From an uncultured bacterium (GTDB lineage Bacteria > Patescibacteriota > Patescibacteriia > CAIQCM01): DNA of 64,000 nt. This document shows, in pieces, positions 19,701 to 28,821 of this stretch (its first letter is position 1; every line of letters begins with the position of its first letter). The translations under genes and the position numbers were made by a program. The stretch is taken from assembly GCA_963708045.1 (NCBI GenBank), contig OY970181.1:195740-259739 (forward strand). The letters are read 5' to 3'. The notes beneath the pieces were generated by a model. That model was not told where the DNA came from. It did not search any database and saw nothing but the letters and a program-made list of their open reading frames with translations.

Positions 19701-22700
19701 TATTCGCGCCCGAGGTCGTGATTGTCGCTCCGTTATCATAAGCTTCTTGAAGCGTTGTCGCGCCCGCGGTATCGCAATCTTTCCAAGCAATATTTTCAAA
19801 ACAACGGAATTTATTCGCGTTAGCGTTATAGTACATCGCGCCAACTGATCCCGTGGGGTCGCCGGCGCTAGATTTTATGTCGGTAACCAAAAGGTCAGGT
19901 GTGGTCACGCCGGCACCAGAACCGATTTGAACATTTGCAGTCTGCCCCGCGCCCGCAACTTGCAGTGAAAGATTTCCCGCGCTCGTGCCCCAGGTAGCGG
20001 CGGCGGCAGAAGTAAGCGTTAAGGCACCGGATGATGATTGCCAAGTTGCCGCGCCGGCCGAAGTAATATTCATTGAGCCCGCAGCAGTCAAAATTGTTGA
20101 TGTACCAAGTGAAACCGTGCCCGAACCAGCTTGGAGCGTTAAATTTCCGGCTGAAGTTGACCAGGTTGAAGCCACGCCAGCGGTAACGGTAATGGCCGCG
20201 CCCGAGACAACACCAATCGCGCCAGCCGCCCCACTCCCAATTGTCACCGTTCCCGTGGACGTTCCATTATTAATATTTGTATTAAAATTTGACGAAGAGT
20301 TTAAATTAACCGCCGCGCCCGTAACATTCAAACCAAGCGAGCCAGTAAGCAGTTGACTCGCGGTTAAGGCGCCGTTTATTGTTGTGGTTATTCCGCTTCG
20401 CGAAATGGAAATTGCCGAGGCATTCGTCGTGCCAACGTTCACCGTTCCCGCCGTACCCGTCGCCGTTCCCGCGTCAATCGTGACGTTACCAGAATTTGAT
20501 GTTGCCCCACCAGCATTTCCCGTAACAAGCGACACGGCGGCGGAATTGGTAGAGCCGGCGGTTTGATTTAAAGTTTTTAATGTAAGGGTGCCGGTGCTTC
20601 CCGAAGAAATCGTTGTCGTTTGGGCAAAAGTTAGGTTGCCCAGATTATCAATCCGCGCGCGTTCAACCGGCGAACCGACATTAAGCGTTTCAAAACGGAT
20701 CGCGCCGGTTTCGGCGCCTGGCGTCACGTTGGTAAGAATTCCAGAAAGCCGCGCGGCCGGGACTTCGGTGCCAATATTATTTTGCGCGCGCAAAAGCATT
20801 CCCACGCCAAGACCGGCAGCCGGCGTGCCCGAGGTTGCATGTTCCAAAACAAGAACGTCGGAAATGTCGTTATTGATCGCGTCTTCTTGTTCCACATAAA
20901 GCTTAGTACCAGTATGCGGCGTACTAGTTCCAAGGCTAAGCTGTTTACTCGCGTTGTCCCAGTAAAATTCATTATCGCCCGTTTGCGTATTTGATCCGTT
21001 CCAAAAAGAAACTTGTCCGGACGTACCTGTACCCGACACACTCGCGCCGCCAGCGCAGTCAATCCAAGCATTATCAATGTAGCAGCGAAAAGTTTTAGTA
21101 ACCGTATTATAATAGGTGGCGCCGTTGGTTGACGGCGGGGTGGCGGGGTCGGAGGCTTTGTTTGAAAAAATTAAAAGCGACGAGTTGGCAATTTTAATAT
21201 TTCTTGTCGCCGAAAGATTAAGGTCGGTTGTTGCGTCAGAGTTTGTAATTGTGTTTGTTCCAGCAGCAAACGTAAGCGTGCCTGATGAAGAAGAAAGTGA
21301 AAGCGCCGCGCCGCCGCCAGACGAAACCGCGAGTGCCCCAGTACTTGCAAGCGAACTACCCGAGAGTGTTGTCGCGCCAGTAACTAGACTTGTGCCAAAA
21401 TAACCCGTGCGCCAGCGATTTCCACTCGCGCCAACATCCAAAGCATTATCGGTTGTACCAGGTTGAAGCGTGCCCACTTCGGTGATGCGCAATTGTTCGG
21501 TCAGAACGCCGCCGCCCACGCGCGTAAAGAAACCAAGCATTGAATCTTCGGTGCCATTTGCGGTGTTGGTTAAGACTGCAGAAATACCACCGCTATCGGC
21601 GAGCGCGCCAGCATCATTTTCATTTCTAAATAAAAGATTTGAACCAATACCGTTTCCGGCCACGGCGGTCGTGGTGTGATCAAGCACAAGAACGGTTGAT
21701 GAATTATTATTAACCGCGTCATCCAACGAAATATCGGCCTTGGTTCCGGCGGGCGGTGCAGTGGCGCCAATTTGCAACTGATCGGCGAAATTTTTCATTT
21801 GATTAATGAGCCCGACTTCGGTCCACGTTCCCAAACAATCTTGCCAAACACCGGCTTTATAGCAACGGAATTTATCATCAGCAGAATTGTAATACATCGC
21901 GCCGTTAACACCACTTGGATCGCCGGAAGTTGATTTGGCGTCCATAACCAATAGATCAGGCGTTGCCGATGGCGCACCCGTTCCAATCTGGATATTTCCC
22001 GTTCCGGAACCGGCAGCAATGAACGAAAGGTTACCTGCCAAAGTTCCCCAAGTGGCGGCCGAAGCCGAAGTTAACGTAAGCGCGCCGGCGGAAGTTGACC
22101 AGGTAGAAGTTGCACCGGCGGTGAATGTCAGCGCACCGGCGGAAGTGAATTGCGACGCGGCGGTTGGCGTAAGGTTAACAGCGCCCGTGCCGGTCGCGTT
22201 AAAGTCGCCCGAAGTTAAGGTGAAAAGAATCGGCGTTGATGACGAGGTTGTTACCGAAGCGCCAGCGTTATAAGCCGTCTGAAGCGTTGTCGTGCCGCCC
22301 GTCGTATCACAGTCTTTCCACCCTCCACCTTCGTAACAGCGAAATTTTGCGGCTATGGAATTGTAATACATGGCGCCGTTCGCGCCCCCCGCAGGATCGC
22401 CAGCGTTTGATTTCAAATCAACAACCAATAAATCAGGCGTTGTTGATCCTCCGGCGCCGATTTGAACATCGGCCGTCACTCCAGTTCCAGCCGCCTGCAA
22501 AGAAAGATTTCCAGCCGACGTTCCCCAAGTTGAAGCCGCGCCGGCGGTAAAAGTGAGCGCACCGGCCGAAGTAAATTGCGAGGCGGCTGTCGGCGTAAGG
22601 TTAACCGCGCCGGTGCCAGTGGCGTTAAAGTCGCCCGAAGTTAAGGTGAAAAGAATCGGCGTTGATGAACCGGTAATAATCGCGTTTCCATTATTATATG

Positions 22701-25700
22701 CCGTTTGTAAATTAACCGTGCCGCCTGTTGTGTCACAGTCGGACCACGAACCGTTTAAATAACAACGAAATTTATTTGTAGCTGAGCTGTAGTAAATAGC
22801 GCCATCCACGCCAGACGGATCAGCAAGCTGACTTCCCAAAACCAACAAATTTGAATCATCTATTTTTGTGTTAGCCGTTGCTTTCAAAATTATATCCGTC
22901 GTTGCGTTGGTGTTAGATATCGTATTAGTACCAGCGGCGAGTTTCAAAATTCCCGAACCCGAATCAAGCGAAAGGTCGCCACTCGTCGTTCCCCAAGTTG
23001 AGGCCGCGCCGGCGGTAAAGGTGAGTGCACCAGCCGAAGTAAATTGCGAGGCGGCGGTTGGCGTGAGATTAACAGCGCCGGTGCCGGTCGCATTAAAGTC
23101 GCCCGAGGTTAAAGTGAAAAGAATCGGCGTCGATGACGAGGTCGTAATTGAACTGCCGTTATCGTACGCACTTTGCAAAGTAGTCGCGCCTGAAGTATCG
23201 CAATCTTTCCAACTGATATTTTCATAGCAACGGAATTTATTAAGGTTAACATTATAGTACATTGCGCCAACCGATCCCGTTGGATCGCCGGCATTTGATT
23301 TTAAATCAACAACCAAAAGATCGGGCGTGACTGATCCAGCGCCAGAACCGATTTGAATATTCGCAGTTGTCCCGCTTCCGGCTGGCTGAAAAACTAGATT
23401 ACCCGTTGCCGTGGCAAGCGAACCATCAGCCAGGGTCGTGTTTGCGTTCACAATCGCGCTTGTGCCAAGATATGCTGTACGCCAAACATTTCCCGTTGCG
23501 CCGATGTCTTCGGCGTTGCTGGTCAAAGCTGGCAACAAGCCAGCGGCTGTTATACGCAGGCGTTCGGTCGCGGCCCCGCCGCCGGTTCTAGTTTCAAAAC
23601 TTATTGCCGAGGCTTCAGCGCCCGAGGCCGCGTTGGTAAGAAGGGCATTAATGTGCCCGACGTTGGTTATGGAACCGGCGTCATTTTCGCTCCTAAAATT
23701 TATTCCCAATCCAATCCCCGCCGCCGCCGTTCCGCTAGTCGTATGATCAATCGTCACGACATTTGAAATATCGTTAGCCGTCGCGTCGTCGGAAACGATC
23801 TGTAGTTTGGTGTCTGCAACTGGCGACGCCGTACCAATACCAACCTGATCAGAAATAGTGGTAAGCCGCGTAACGCCGCTCGCGCTTATAAAAGCGCCAA
23901 CTGCGCAGCCGCCCCAGACTCCGTTTAAATAACAGCGCATTTGATTTGTCGCGGTGTTGTAGTACATCGCGCCGTTTGTCGCGGGCGGCGAAGCTGGGTC
24001 AGCTGCTTTTGATGACATCACAACAAGCGACGAATCGGCGATCTTCACGTTGCGCTGACTGCCGATAATAAGGTCGGTGCCAACGTCGGTGTTTGACAAA
24101 GAATTTGATCCGGCACCCAAAGAAACCGTACCCGAGCTGGAAGCAAGGCTTAGCCCACCAGTCGCATTGACCGTAAACGAACCAGTTGAAGTTACAGAGC
24201 TGCCGGCATAAGTTGCTGAACCGATTACGACGCTCGTTCCAAAATAACCCGTGCGCCAGCGATTTACCGCCGAACCAATATCCTGACCATTGTCGCTCGC
24301 GCCAGGAATAAGAAAACCCTGATCATCTATACGCAAGCGCTCGGTGAGCGGACCGCCAGCCGTGCGTGTTTGAAAAGTAAAAGCGCTATCTTGCGCGCCC
24401 GAAGTCACATCGGTAAGAATTGAAGTTATGCGACCGCTTAAACTTGGAGTACCAACACTGTTTTCCGCGAGAAAAACCAAACCGTTGCCAATTCCGTTTG
24501 CCGCCGCTCCTGTCGTTGAATGAACAAAAGCGCCAACGTCGGTATAAGTATTATTTGCCGTGTCGTTGACGGAAACAGAAAGCGGTGCCGTTGTCGTGTT
24601 TGTTCCAATGCCTAAATGTTTGGTCGTGTTATCCCAAAACAATCCGCTATCGCCGGTTTGCGAATTTGTCCCATTCCAAAAAGCAACCTGACCAGCAGAA
24701 CCAATACCGGTTACCGTGCCGCCCGTAATGCAATCCATCCACCCGCCACCAGCAAAACAGCGAAACTTATCCGTTGCTGTATCGTAATACATTGCGCCAT
24801 TAACGCCAGTTGGATCGGTTGCTTGTGAGCCCAAAATTAAAGTGTCAGCATCGGCAATTTTTATATCGCCCTCGGCATCAAGCACAAGATTAGTGCCGAG
24901 GTCGGTATTAATAATCGTATTTGTTCCCGCGCCCAAATGTAAAAATCCAGAACCAGCGGTCAAAGAAAGGTCGTTTGCGCCGCCCGAGGCAATTTCTAGC
25001 GCGCCTGTTGCATTAAGGTTGGTAGTGGTTCCCAAAGAAATAATTCCCGACCCGGCCTGCAGAGTTAAGTTGCCAGCGGTCGTGCTCCAAGTAGAAGCAC
25101 CCGCGCCAGTAATTGTTAGCGCGCCTGTACCCGAAGACAAGTTTACCGCGCCTGTGCCAGTGTATGATTGGCCAGGCGCCACGCTTACGCTTCCAGTACC
25201 GGAGAAAGAAATTAAATCAGCGCCGCCGAAAGTTTCAAACCGAACAAGCGGCGCGGTCTGTGTTGAAAATCCTGTTACGGTAAATTGCGTTTCGTCGGCT
25301 GTAGGTACGCCAGCCGTACTTAAATCAGAAAGATAGGCGACGGTACCGGATTCATTTTTAAAAGTAATTGTTCGCGACGAAGTTGGATCGGTAATTGCAA
25401 AAGTTGTTTTGTTGGCGTTTGCCGTTGCTCCGTCAAAAACAAGCGGCGAAGCGCCGAGAATATTTCCTGAAGAAAAGACAATTCCCCCGTTTGCCGTTAA
25501 CGTCGCCGCCGTTGTTAAATCACTTTGAACCGTAGTTGTGATGCCGGTTTTTCCAAGGGTAATCGCCATTGCATTTAAAGTACCGAGGTTAAGGGTTGTT
25601 GCCGAATCCAACGTAAGTGCGCCGGCCGAAGTTGACCACACCGAAGCCGCGCCAGCCGTAAGCGTAAGGGCGCCGGACGAAGTAAATTGCGACGCGCTGG

Positions 25701-26664
25701 TCGGCGTTAAATTTATCGCTCCCGCGCCAGTCGCATTAAAATTTCCGTTTGCCAAATTAAATAAAATCGCATCTCCCCCACTCGTATTAATTGTTTGGCC
25801 ATTATTATAAACCGATTGCAGGGTTGAAGTACCGCCAGTTGTGTCACAGTCAGCCCACGAACCATTTACAAAACAACGAAATTTATTTGTTAGCGTATTG
25901 TAATATGTCTGACCATTAACACCCGACGGATCAGCGACAGCCGAGCCCAAAATTAAACCGCCGCCGATTGTCGTGAGCATTCCCGCGCTACCCAAATTTA
26001 CATTTTGCGTTAGCGTTAAATTTCCCGAGGCGTCGGTAACCGGCACAAACGCCGAGGCGCCGCCGACAGCCGACGTGCCAAATGAATTTAATTTCAAACT
26101 ATTTAACGATTGATATACCGCCGACATCCGCGTGCGCGGTGTCATTTCGGCATCGGTATTAATTTTTAAACCCAAGTAACGACTGTCGTCGGAAAATATC
26201 GCGTCTGGCAAATTATTTTGTCCGCCCGAAGTTGAGTCGCCTAAAAGTACAGAAAATAATCCATTAGTAACACCGACCGATACCGTCCCAAGCAACCCGC
26301 AATCAGTCGTATTTGCGTTTGCATCAGTATCAGCCGCTGACCAAACACAGGTGCCGCCCGAAGCAGAATCGTAAATAGCGATCTGCATATTGTAAGTTCC
26401 ATTTGCAACATTGCTTCCAGCTGTATCAGTCAACCGTCCTTGGTAATTTAAAAGTCTAACAACACCACTTGCACCAAAGGCCGGCTTAGCAATTCCAAAA
26501 AATAGTGAAGAAAAAATTAAAAACGACAAAACAAAACCAGACCAAGCCGCGCGGCGCGCACTTGGCAAAAAATGTTTCAATGTATTTTTAAAATTCATTG
26601 AATTTGTCTGTTTTTTTATAAACAACAGAACAAATAATTTCTCTGGTCGGTTTATAACAACCAA
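16795..26664 (-). CDS. giant secreted/surface repeat protein (3289 aa)
   Basis: Single uninterrupted ORF. N-terminal signal/TM. Very Gly/Thr/Ser/Ala/Asn-rich with many internal repeats (recurrent ...DPSGVNGAMYYN...KFRCY.NG.W.DCDT.GGT... modules). Globular C-terminal domain followed by a Pro/Thr/Glu-rich tail. Confidence 0.8.
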   Translation of the reverse strand: MVVINRPEKLFVLLFIKKQTNSMNFKNTLKHFLPSARRAAWSGFVLSFLIFSSLFFGIAKPAFGASGVVRLLNYQGRLTDTAGSNVANGTYNMQIAIYDSASGGTCVWSAADTDANANTTDCGLLGTVSVGVTNGLFSVLLGDSTSGGQNNLPDAIFSDDSRYLGLKINTDAEMTPRTRMSAVYQSLNSLKLNSFGTSAVGGASAFVPVTDASGNLTLTQNVNLGSAGMLTTIGGGLILGSAVADPSGVNGQTYYNTLTNKFRCFVNGSWADCDTTGGTSTLQSVYNNGQTINTSGGDAILFNLANGNFNATGAGAINLTPTSASQFTSSGALTLTAGAASVWSTSAGALTLDSATTLNLGTLNAMAITLGKTGITTTVQSDLTTAATLTANGGIVFSSGNILGASPLVFDGATANANKTTFAITDPTSSRTITFKNESGTVAYLSDLSTAGVPTADETQFTVTGFSTQTAPLVRFETFGGADLISFSGTGSVSVAPGQSYTGTGAVNLSSGTGALTITGAGASTWSTTAGNLTLQAGSGIISLGTTTNLNATGALEIASGGANDLSLTAGSGFLHLGAGTNTIINTDLGTNLVLDAEGDIKIADADTLILGSQATDPTGVNGAMYYDTATDKFRCFAGGGWMDCITGGTVTGIGSAGQVAFWNGTNSQTGDSGLFWDNTTKHLGIGTNTTTAPLSVSVNDTANNTYTDVGAFVHSTTGAAANGIGNGLVFLAENSVGTPSLSGRITSILTDVTSGAQDSAFTFQTRTAGGPLTERLRIDDQGFLIPGASDNGQDIGSAVNRWRTGYFGTSVVIGSATYAGSSVTSTGSFTVNATGGLSLASSSGTVSLGAGSNSLSNTDVGTDLIIGSQRNVKIADSSLVVMSSKAADPASPPATNGAMYYNTATNQMRCYLNGVWGGCAVGAFISASGVTRLTTISDQVGIGTASPVADTKLQIVSDDATANDISNVVTIDHTTSGTAAAGIGLGINFRSENDAGSITNVGHINALLTNAASGAEASAISFETRTGGGAATERLRITAAGLLPALTSNAEDIGATGNVWRTAYLGTSAIVNANTTLADGSLATATGNLVFQPAGSGTTANIQIGSGAGSVTPDLLVVDLKSNAGDPTGSVGAMYYNVNLNKFRCYENISWKDCDTSGATTLQSAYDNGSSITTSSSTPILFTLTSGDFNATGTGAVNLTPTAASQFTSAGALTFTAGAASTWGTTSGDLSLDSGSGILKLAAGTNTISNTNATTDIILKATANTKIDDSNLLVLGSQLADPSGVDGAIYYSSATNKFRCYLNGSWSDCDTTGGTVNLQTAYNNGNAIITGSSTPILFTLTSGDFNATGTGAVNLTPTAASQFTSAGALTFTAGAASTWGTSAGNLSLQAAGTGVTADVQIGAGGSTTPDLLVVDLKSNAGDPAGGANGAMYYNSIAAKFRCYEGGGWKDCDTTGGTTTLQTAYNAGASVTTSSSTPILFTLTSGDFNATGTGAVNLTPTAASQFTSAGALTFTAGATSTWSTSAGALTLTSASAATWGTLAGNLSFIAAGSGTGNIQIGTGAPSATPDLLVMDAKSTSGDPSGVNGAMYYNSADDKFRCYKAGVWQDCLGTWTEVGLINQMKNFADQLQIGATAPPAGTKADISLDDAVNNNSSTVLVLDHTTTAVAGNGIGSNLLFRNENDAGALADSGGISAVLTNTANGTEDSMLGFFTRVGGGVLTEQLRITEVGTLQPGTTDNALDVGASGNRWRTGYFGTSLVTGATTLSGSSLASTGALAVSSGGGAALSLSSSSGTLTFAAGTNTITNSDATTDLNLSATRNIKIANSSLLIFSNKASDPATPPSTNGATYYNTVTKTFRCYIDNAWIDCAGGASVSGTGTSGQVSFWNGSNTQTGDNEFYWDNASKQLSLGTSTPHTGTKLYVEQEDAINNDISDVLVLEHATSGTPAAGLGVGMLLRAQNNIGTEVPAARLSGILTNVTPGAETGAIRFETLNVGSPVERARIDNLGNLTFAQTTTISSGSTGTLTLKTLNQTAGSTNSAAVSLVTGNAGGATSNSGNVTIDAGTATGTAGTVNVGTTNASAISISRSGITTTINGALTASQLLTGSLGLNVTGAAVNLNSSSNFNTNINNGTSTGTVTIGSGAAGAIGVVSGAAITVTAGVASTWSTSAGNLTLQAGSGTVSLGTSTILTAAGSMNITSAGAATWQSSSGALTLTSAAAATWGTSAGNLSLQVAGAGQTANVQIGSGAGVTTPDLLVTDIKSSAGDPTGSVGAMYYNANANKFRCFENIAWKDCDTAGATTLQEAYDNGATITTSGANIAYTLTSGNFNATGAGAVNLTPTSASQFTSGGALTLTAGAASTWSTSSGALTLTAGAASTWSTLVGALTVDSASALNLGTSGATSVSLGKTGITTTNNGALTVTQTLTANGNITLSSGNVTGASPLSFDGATADAVKTIFAITDPTVTSKTITFPNATITVNAAADISGTTLASGVVTSSLTTVGILTSGSIASGFGTIATANTISTSNNISTTGSGTITSAGLLTGNLGLTVSGAAVSLNDNSNFNTSINAGTSTGTVIIGNSSLASIGFTSGTGAQTFTSSNATGVTTASSFVFNDTSLTSGTLLRLNSTSTSGKIVDINFTNTTGTIMNGAYGAATNQGAGALIGLAFDMNANLTAPSAGQNITGFDLKLPTASTTSNATIYNGYNLTTAGAITNGTAGSFLWHGVNVTLPGITQSAGGAVTASGVMVNTGTITTNGTANGVEIAAAGIGAGSLNGLGISNITGGAGTETAINIGAGWDQGLTIGVTPSATTGRTIDVAGNWGGNSLNNVHLTTANDTVTVSTKALVYFLSLCNVTTTCSTGNGTQGAAPTTTFNITGLPNTDGTFAFIETQVQRIGVGGGANENATIIVQVNGTQVSTVTAGAANTNSVVIIENYTIVRANGAWRVVGTPGTADSADLAEWIPYSGDEPVAGELVSLDTNNPVTVVRSSGTDNKKLIGVVSTLPHTTLGKDDGHSVRLALAGRVPVKVSDENGAIGAGDYLTLSSVPGVAMKATSPGFVIGQVLSSANGDDASEAIMLIKNTYYPGDEPALSLVMGRLIDSKDLPNGITSFALDIQAETPHDPIAALIDRINAGAKIAADFVAARVTAIRGYFDETHQRKLCVGDAKTGNETCITKDQLDQLLNSQQNVNAPSAPPAPVPVVNEPVTNTPTPPVEPVTTTPSTEEPVVNEPATDPDTINEPAAESAPPTDEPMPEPTVSEPSAEISPAPQAEPTPTETIPVSQE

Positions 26665-27260
26665 GACTCTTTCTCCTCATATATATTATACACCTCGCCG
26701 GACGTTTAAGAAATATATATATCCACAAATTTTTTATTTAAAAACAATAAAAAAATAGCAGGGATGGTAATGCCAACCCCGAATTGTATCTGTCTTCCTT
26801 CCTACCAACTTCCTAATTGCAGAATACTAATTTTGGTTGATAATACGATCCCTGCATGATTCCGCTTACGGCACGCCGATGACGCAATGGAATTTTTGCA
26901 GAAAACTCTGGCTAGTGATTTTTCACATCCAGTAATTTTATGCTTAGCGATGTATCCATCAAAAGATGGACTTTATAAAGAGCTATAGGTCAAACCCCTA
27001 ACGCTTAACAACATTTACGTAATTTGACGTAAATATTTGCCGAAAGTAATTTTCTGCAATTATTTGCGTAAAACTAAGCAAATTTTTAAGAACCATTTTC
27101 ACCCCTAACTTACCGTGTTTTTATAATACCATTTTTTTACAAAATTTTCAACCCCCAAAAGTGGACAACTCTGTGTATAGATTGTGTATTTGTATACACT
27201 AGCGTACACAAATACCTTATCCACCCTCTGTGTTTAACCTTATTCGTAGTTTCTTTTAGC

Positions 27261-27290
27261 TTGACAAGTAATTAACTTGTCTGATATATT
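27261..27290 (+). promoter_or_regulatory. sigma70-like promoter (TTGACA-18-TATATT) overlapping a palindrome gacaagtaattaacttgtc
   Basis: ttgacaagtaattaacttgtctgatatatt lies directly upstream of the LAGLIDADG ORF. Confidence 0.5.
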
Positions 27291-27305
27291 GTTCCACGTG
27301 GAACT

Positions 27306-27698
27306 ATGTTATCTGAAGATTTTCTCGCGGGATATATATCTGGTCAAGGCACGTTTATGAATATCAGGGTTAGAAATACTCACTACCCCGTTTTTCAAAT
27401 TAAATCGTCGGTTGATAATTATGGTTTACTGCTTAAAATTGCCAAGTCGTTAAATGCCTTTAACTGTGTTCATAAATACAAACATGGTAAACAAACTTAT
27501 TCAATCTTGATTATCAGAGACCGGCAAACGATTTTAGAAACCCTGATACCACTTTTAAACGATCGGATTGAGGGCGAGAAAAAAACTAAATTTTTTGTGT
27601 GGAGAGATGAGTTTCTAAAAAATTGTTCCACGTGGAACTATAGGGAAATAAAAAATACTAAAAATATCCAAATTGATGACGAGCCCAAAGAAGAGTAG
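27306..27698 (+). CDS. single-motif LAGLIDADG homing endonuclease-like protein
   Basis: MLSEDFLAGYISGQGTFMNIR... carries the LAGLIDADG-type motif. 130 aa, free-standing. Confidence 0.6.
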   Translation: MLSEDFLAGYISGQGTFMNIRVRNTHYPVFQIKSSVDNYGLLLKIAKSLNAFNCVHKYKHGKQTYSILIIRDRQTILETLIPLLNDRIEGEKKTKFFVWRDEFLKNCSTWNYREIKNTKNIQIDDEPKEE

Positions 27699-28116
27699 TT
27701 ATTCCGTATGGAACAATAATCTATACACATATTTGGATTTAACGGCTAATAGTAGGGGAATAATTTGGGGACACAATGTTTATAACTAAAATACACCCCG
27801 TTTATAACGGGGTGTATTTTATTGGACTCTAGGAGAATCGGACTCCTGTCTCCGCAATGCGAATGCGGCGTACTACCACTGTACGAAGAGCCCGAGCGAG
27901 GCGCAAAGTACAAAATAATATTTTGGACTTTTGCCGAGCGAGGGCTCTAAAATCGCGACTACTGTCTTTAAGAGCGATTTTCAGAGCCTACGTATGGATA
28001 TTGGTACTCCACGACTATTTGATTGAATACTAACGTTTGACTGTATATTTATACACAAGTTGACAAATATTTGCAAATGAAATATAGTACCGTACTAGAA
28101 CGAATTTATATTTCAT

Positions 28117-28746
28117 ATGCCAAAATTAATACCAGAACAAAAAATCGCGCTTATAAAGGAACTCCGTAGAACCGGTCACAGTATTCCAGAAATAAGCACT
28201 GTGACCAGTTTACCAAAATCTTCTGTTTTTAGATATATCCAAGGCGTGGATATAGATAAAGACTTTCAAGGACGATTAAATGATCGGCGCCGCGCTTCTA
28301 CCGTTAGAAAAAACAGATTAGTCAACGAATCCAACCGCCACGCAAACGATCTAATAACGAGCATATCAAAAAATGAATTACTTCTTATAACAGCTTCGTT
28401 GTATTGGGCTGAGGGAGCAAAAAAAGATTTTTCTTTTGCAAACACCGACCCAGAAATGGTTAGGTTGTTTATCAATTCGTTACGAAGAAACTTTAATGTC
28501 AAAGATGACGAATTAACGATTAGTATTAGATTATACGAAGATTTAGATGAAAAAATAGCAATAATTTTTTGGTCTAAAATTGTCGGATTCCCTTTGGAGG
28601 GAAAGGTTCATATAAATTTATTAAAGGGAAAGAAGAACGGTAAATTACCTTATGGTATGTGCCGGGTTCGAGTTCGTAAAGCTTCCAAACTGCACAAATT
28701 GATATTTTCAATCATAAATCGTATGATTGATCTTACGCTCCCATAG
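28117..28746 (+). CDS. HTH + LAGLIDADG-like homing-endonuclease-family protein
   Basis: N-terminal resolvase-type HTH (LRRTGHSIPEISTVTSLPKSSVFRY). The central ...LLLITASLYWAEGAKKDFSF... resembles the catalytic helix. The TAG stop lies at tRNA-Arg positions 8-10. Confidence 0.45.
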   Translation: MPKLIPEQKIALIKELRRTGHSIPEISTVTSLPKSSVFRYIQGVDIDKDFQGRLNDRRRASTVRKNRLVNESNRHANDLITSISKNELLLITASLYWAEGAKKDFSFANTDPEMVRLFINSLRRNFNVKDDELTISIRLYEDLDEKIAIIFWSKIVGFPLEGKVHINLLKGKKNGKLPYGMCRVRVRKASKLHKLIFSIINRMIDLTLP

Positions 28747-28808
28747 TTCAATGGATAGAACGAGAGACTCCTAAGCTCTAGATCCATGTTCGATTCATGG
28801 TGGGGGCA
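28737..28808 (+). tRNA. tRNA-Arg(CCT)
   Basis: Hand-folded. Acceptor gctccca/tgggggc (one G-U pair), A73. D-stem gttc/gaac with a GG loop. Anticodon loop ctCCTaa (one A-G mismatch at the base of the stem). T-arm ccatg-ttcgatt-catgg. No encoded CCA. Confidence 0.6.
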
Positions 28809-28821
28809 CTTAGAAAAAAAT

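Noticed and set aside
17116-25810. Many 60-230-aa ORFs antisense or out of frame within the giant gene (for example 18710-19390 and 24842-25336)
   Set aside because: These are shadow ORFs produced by the biased G/T/S/A codon composition of the 9.9-kb gene. The long single frame on the minus strand explains the region.
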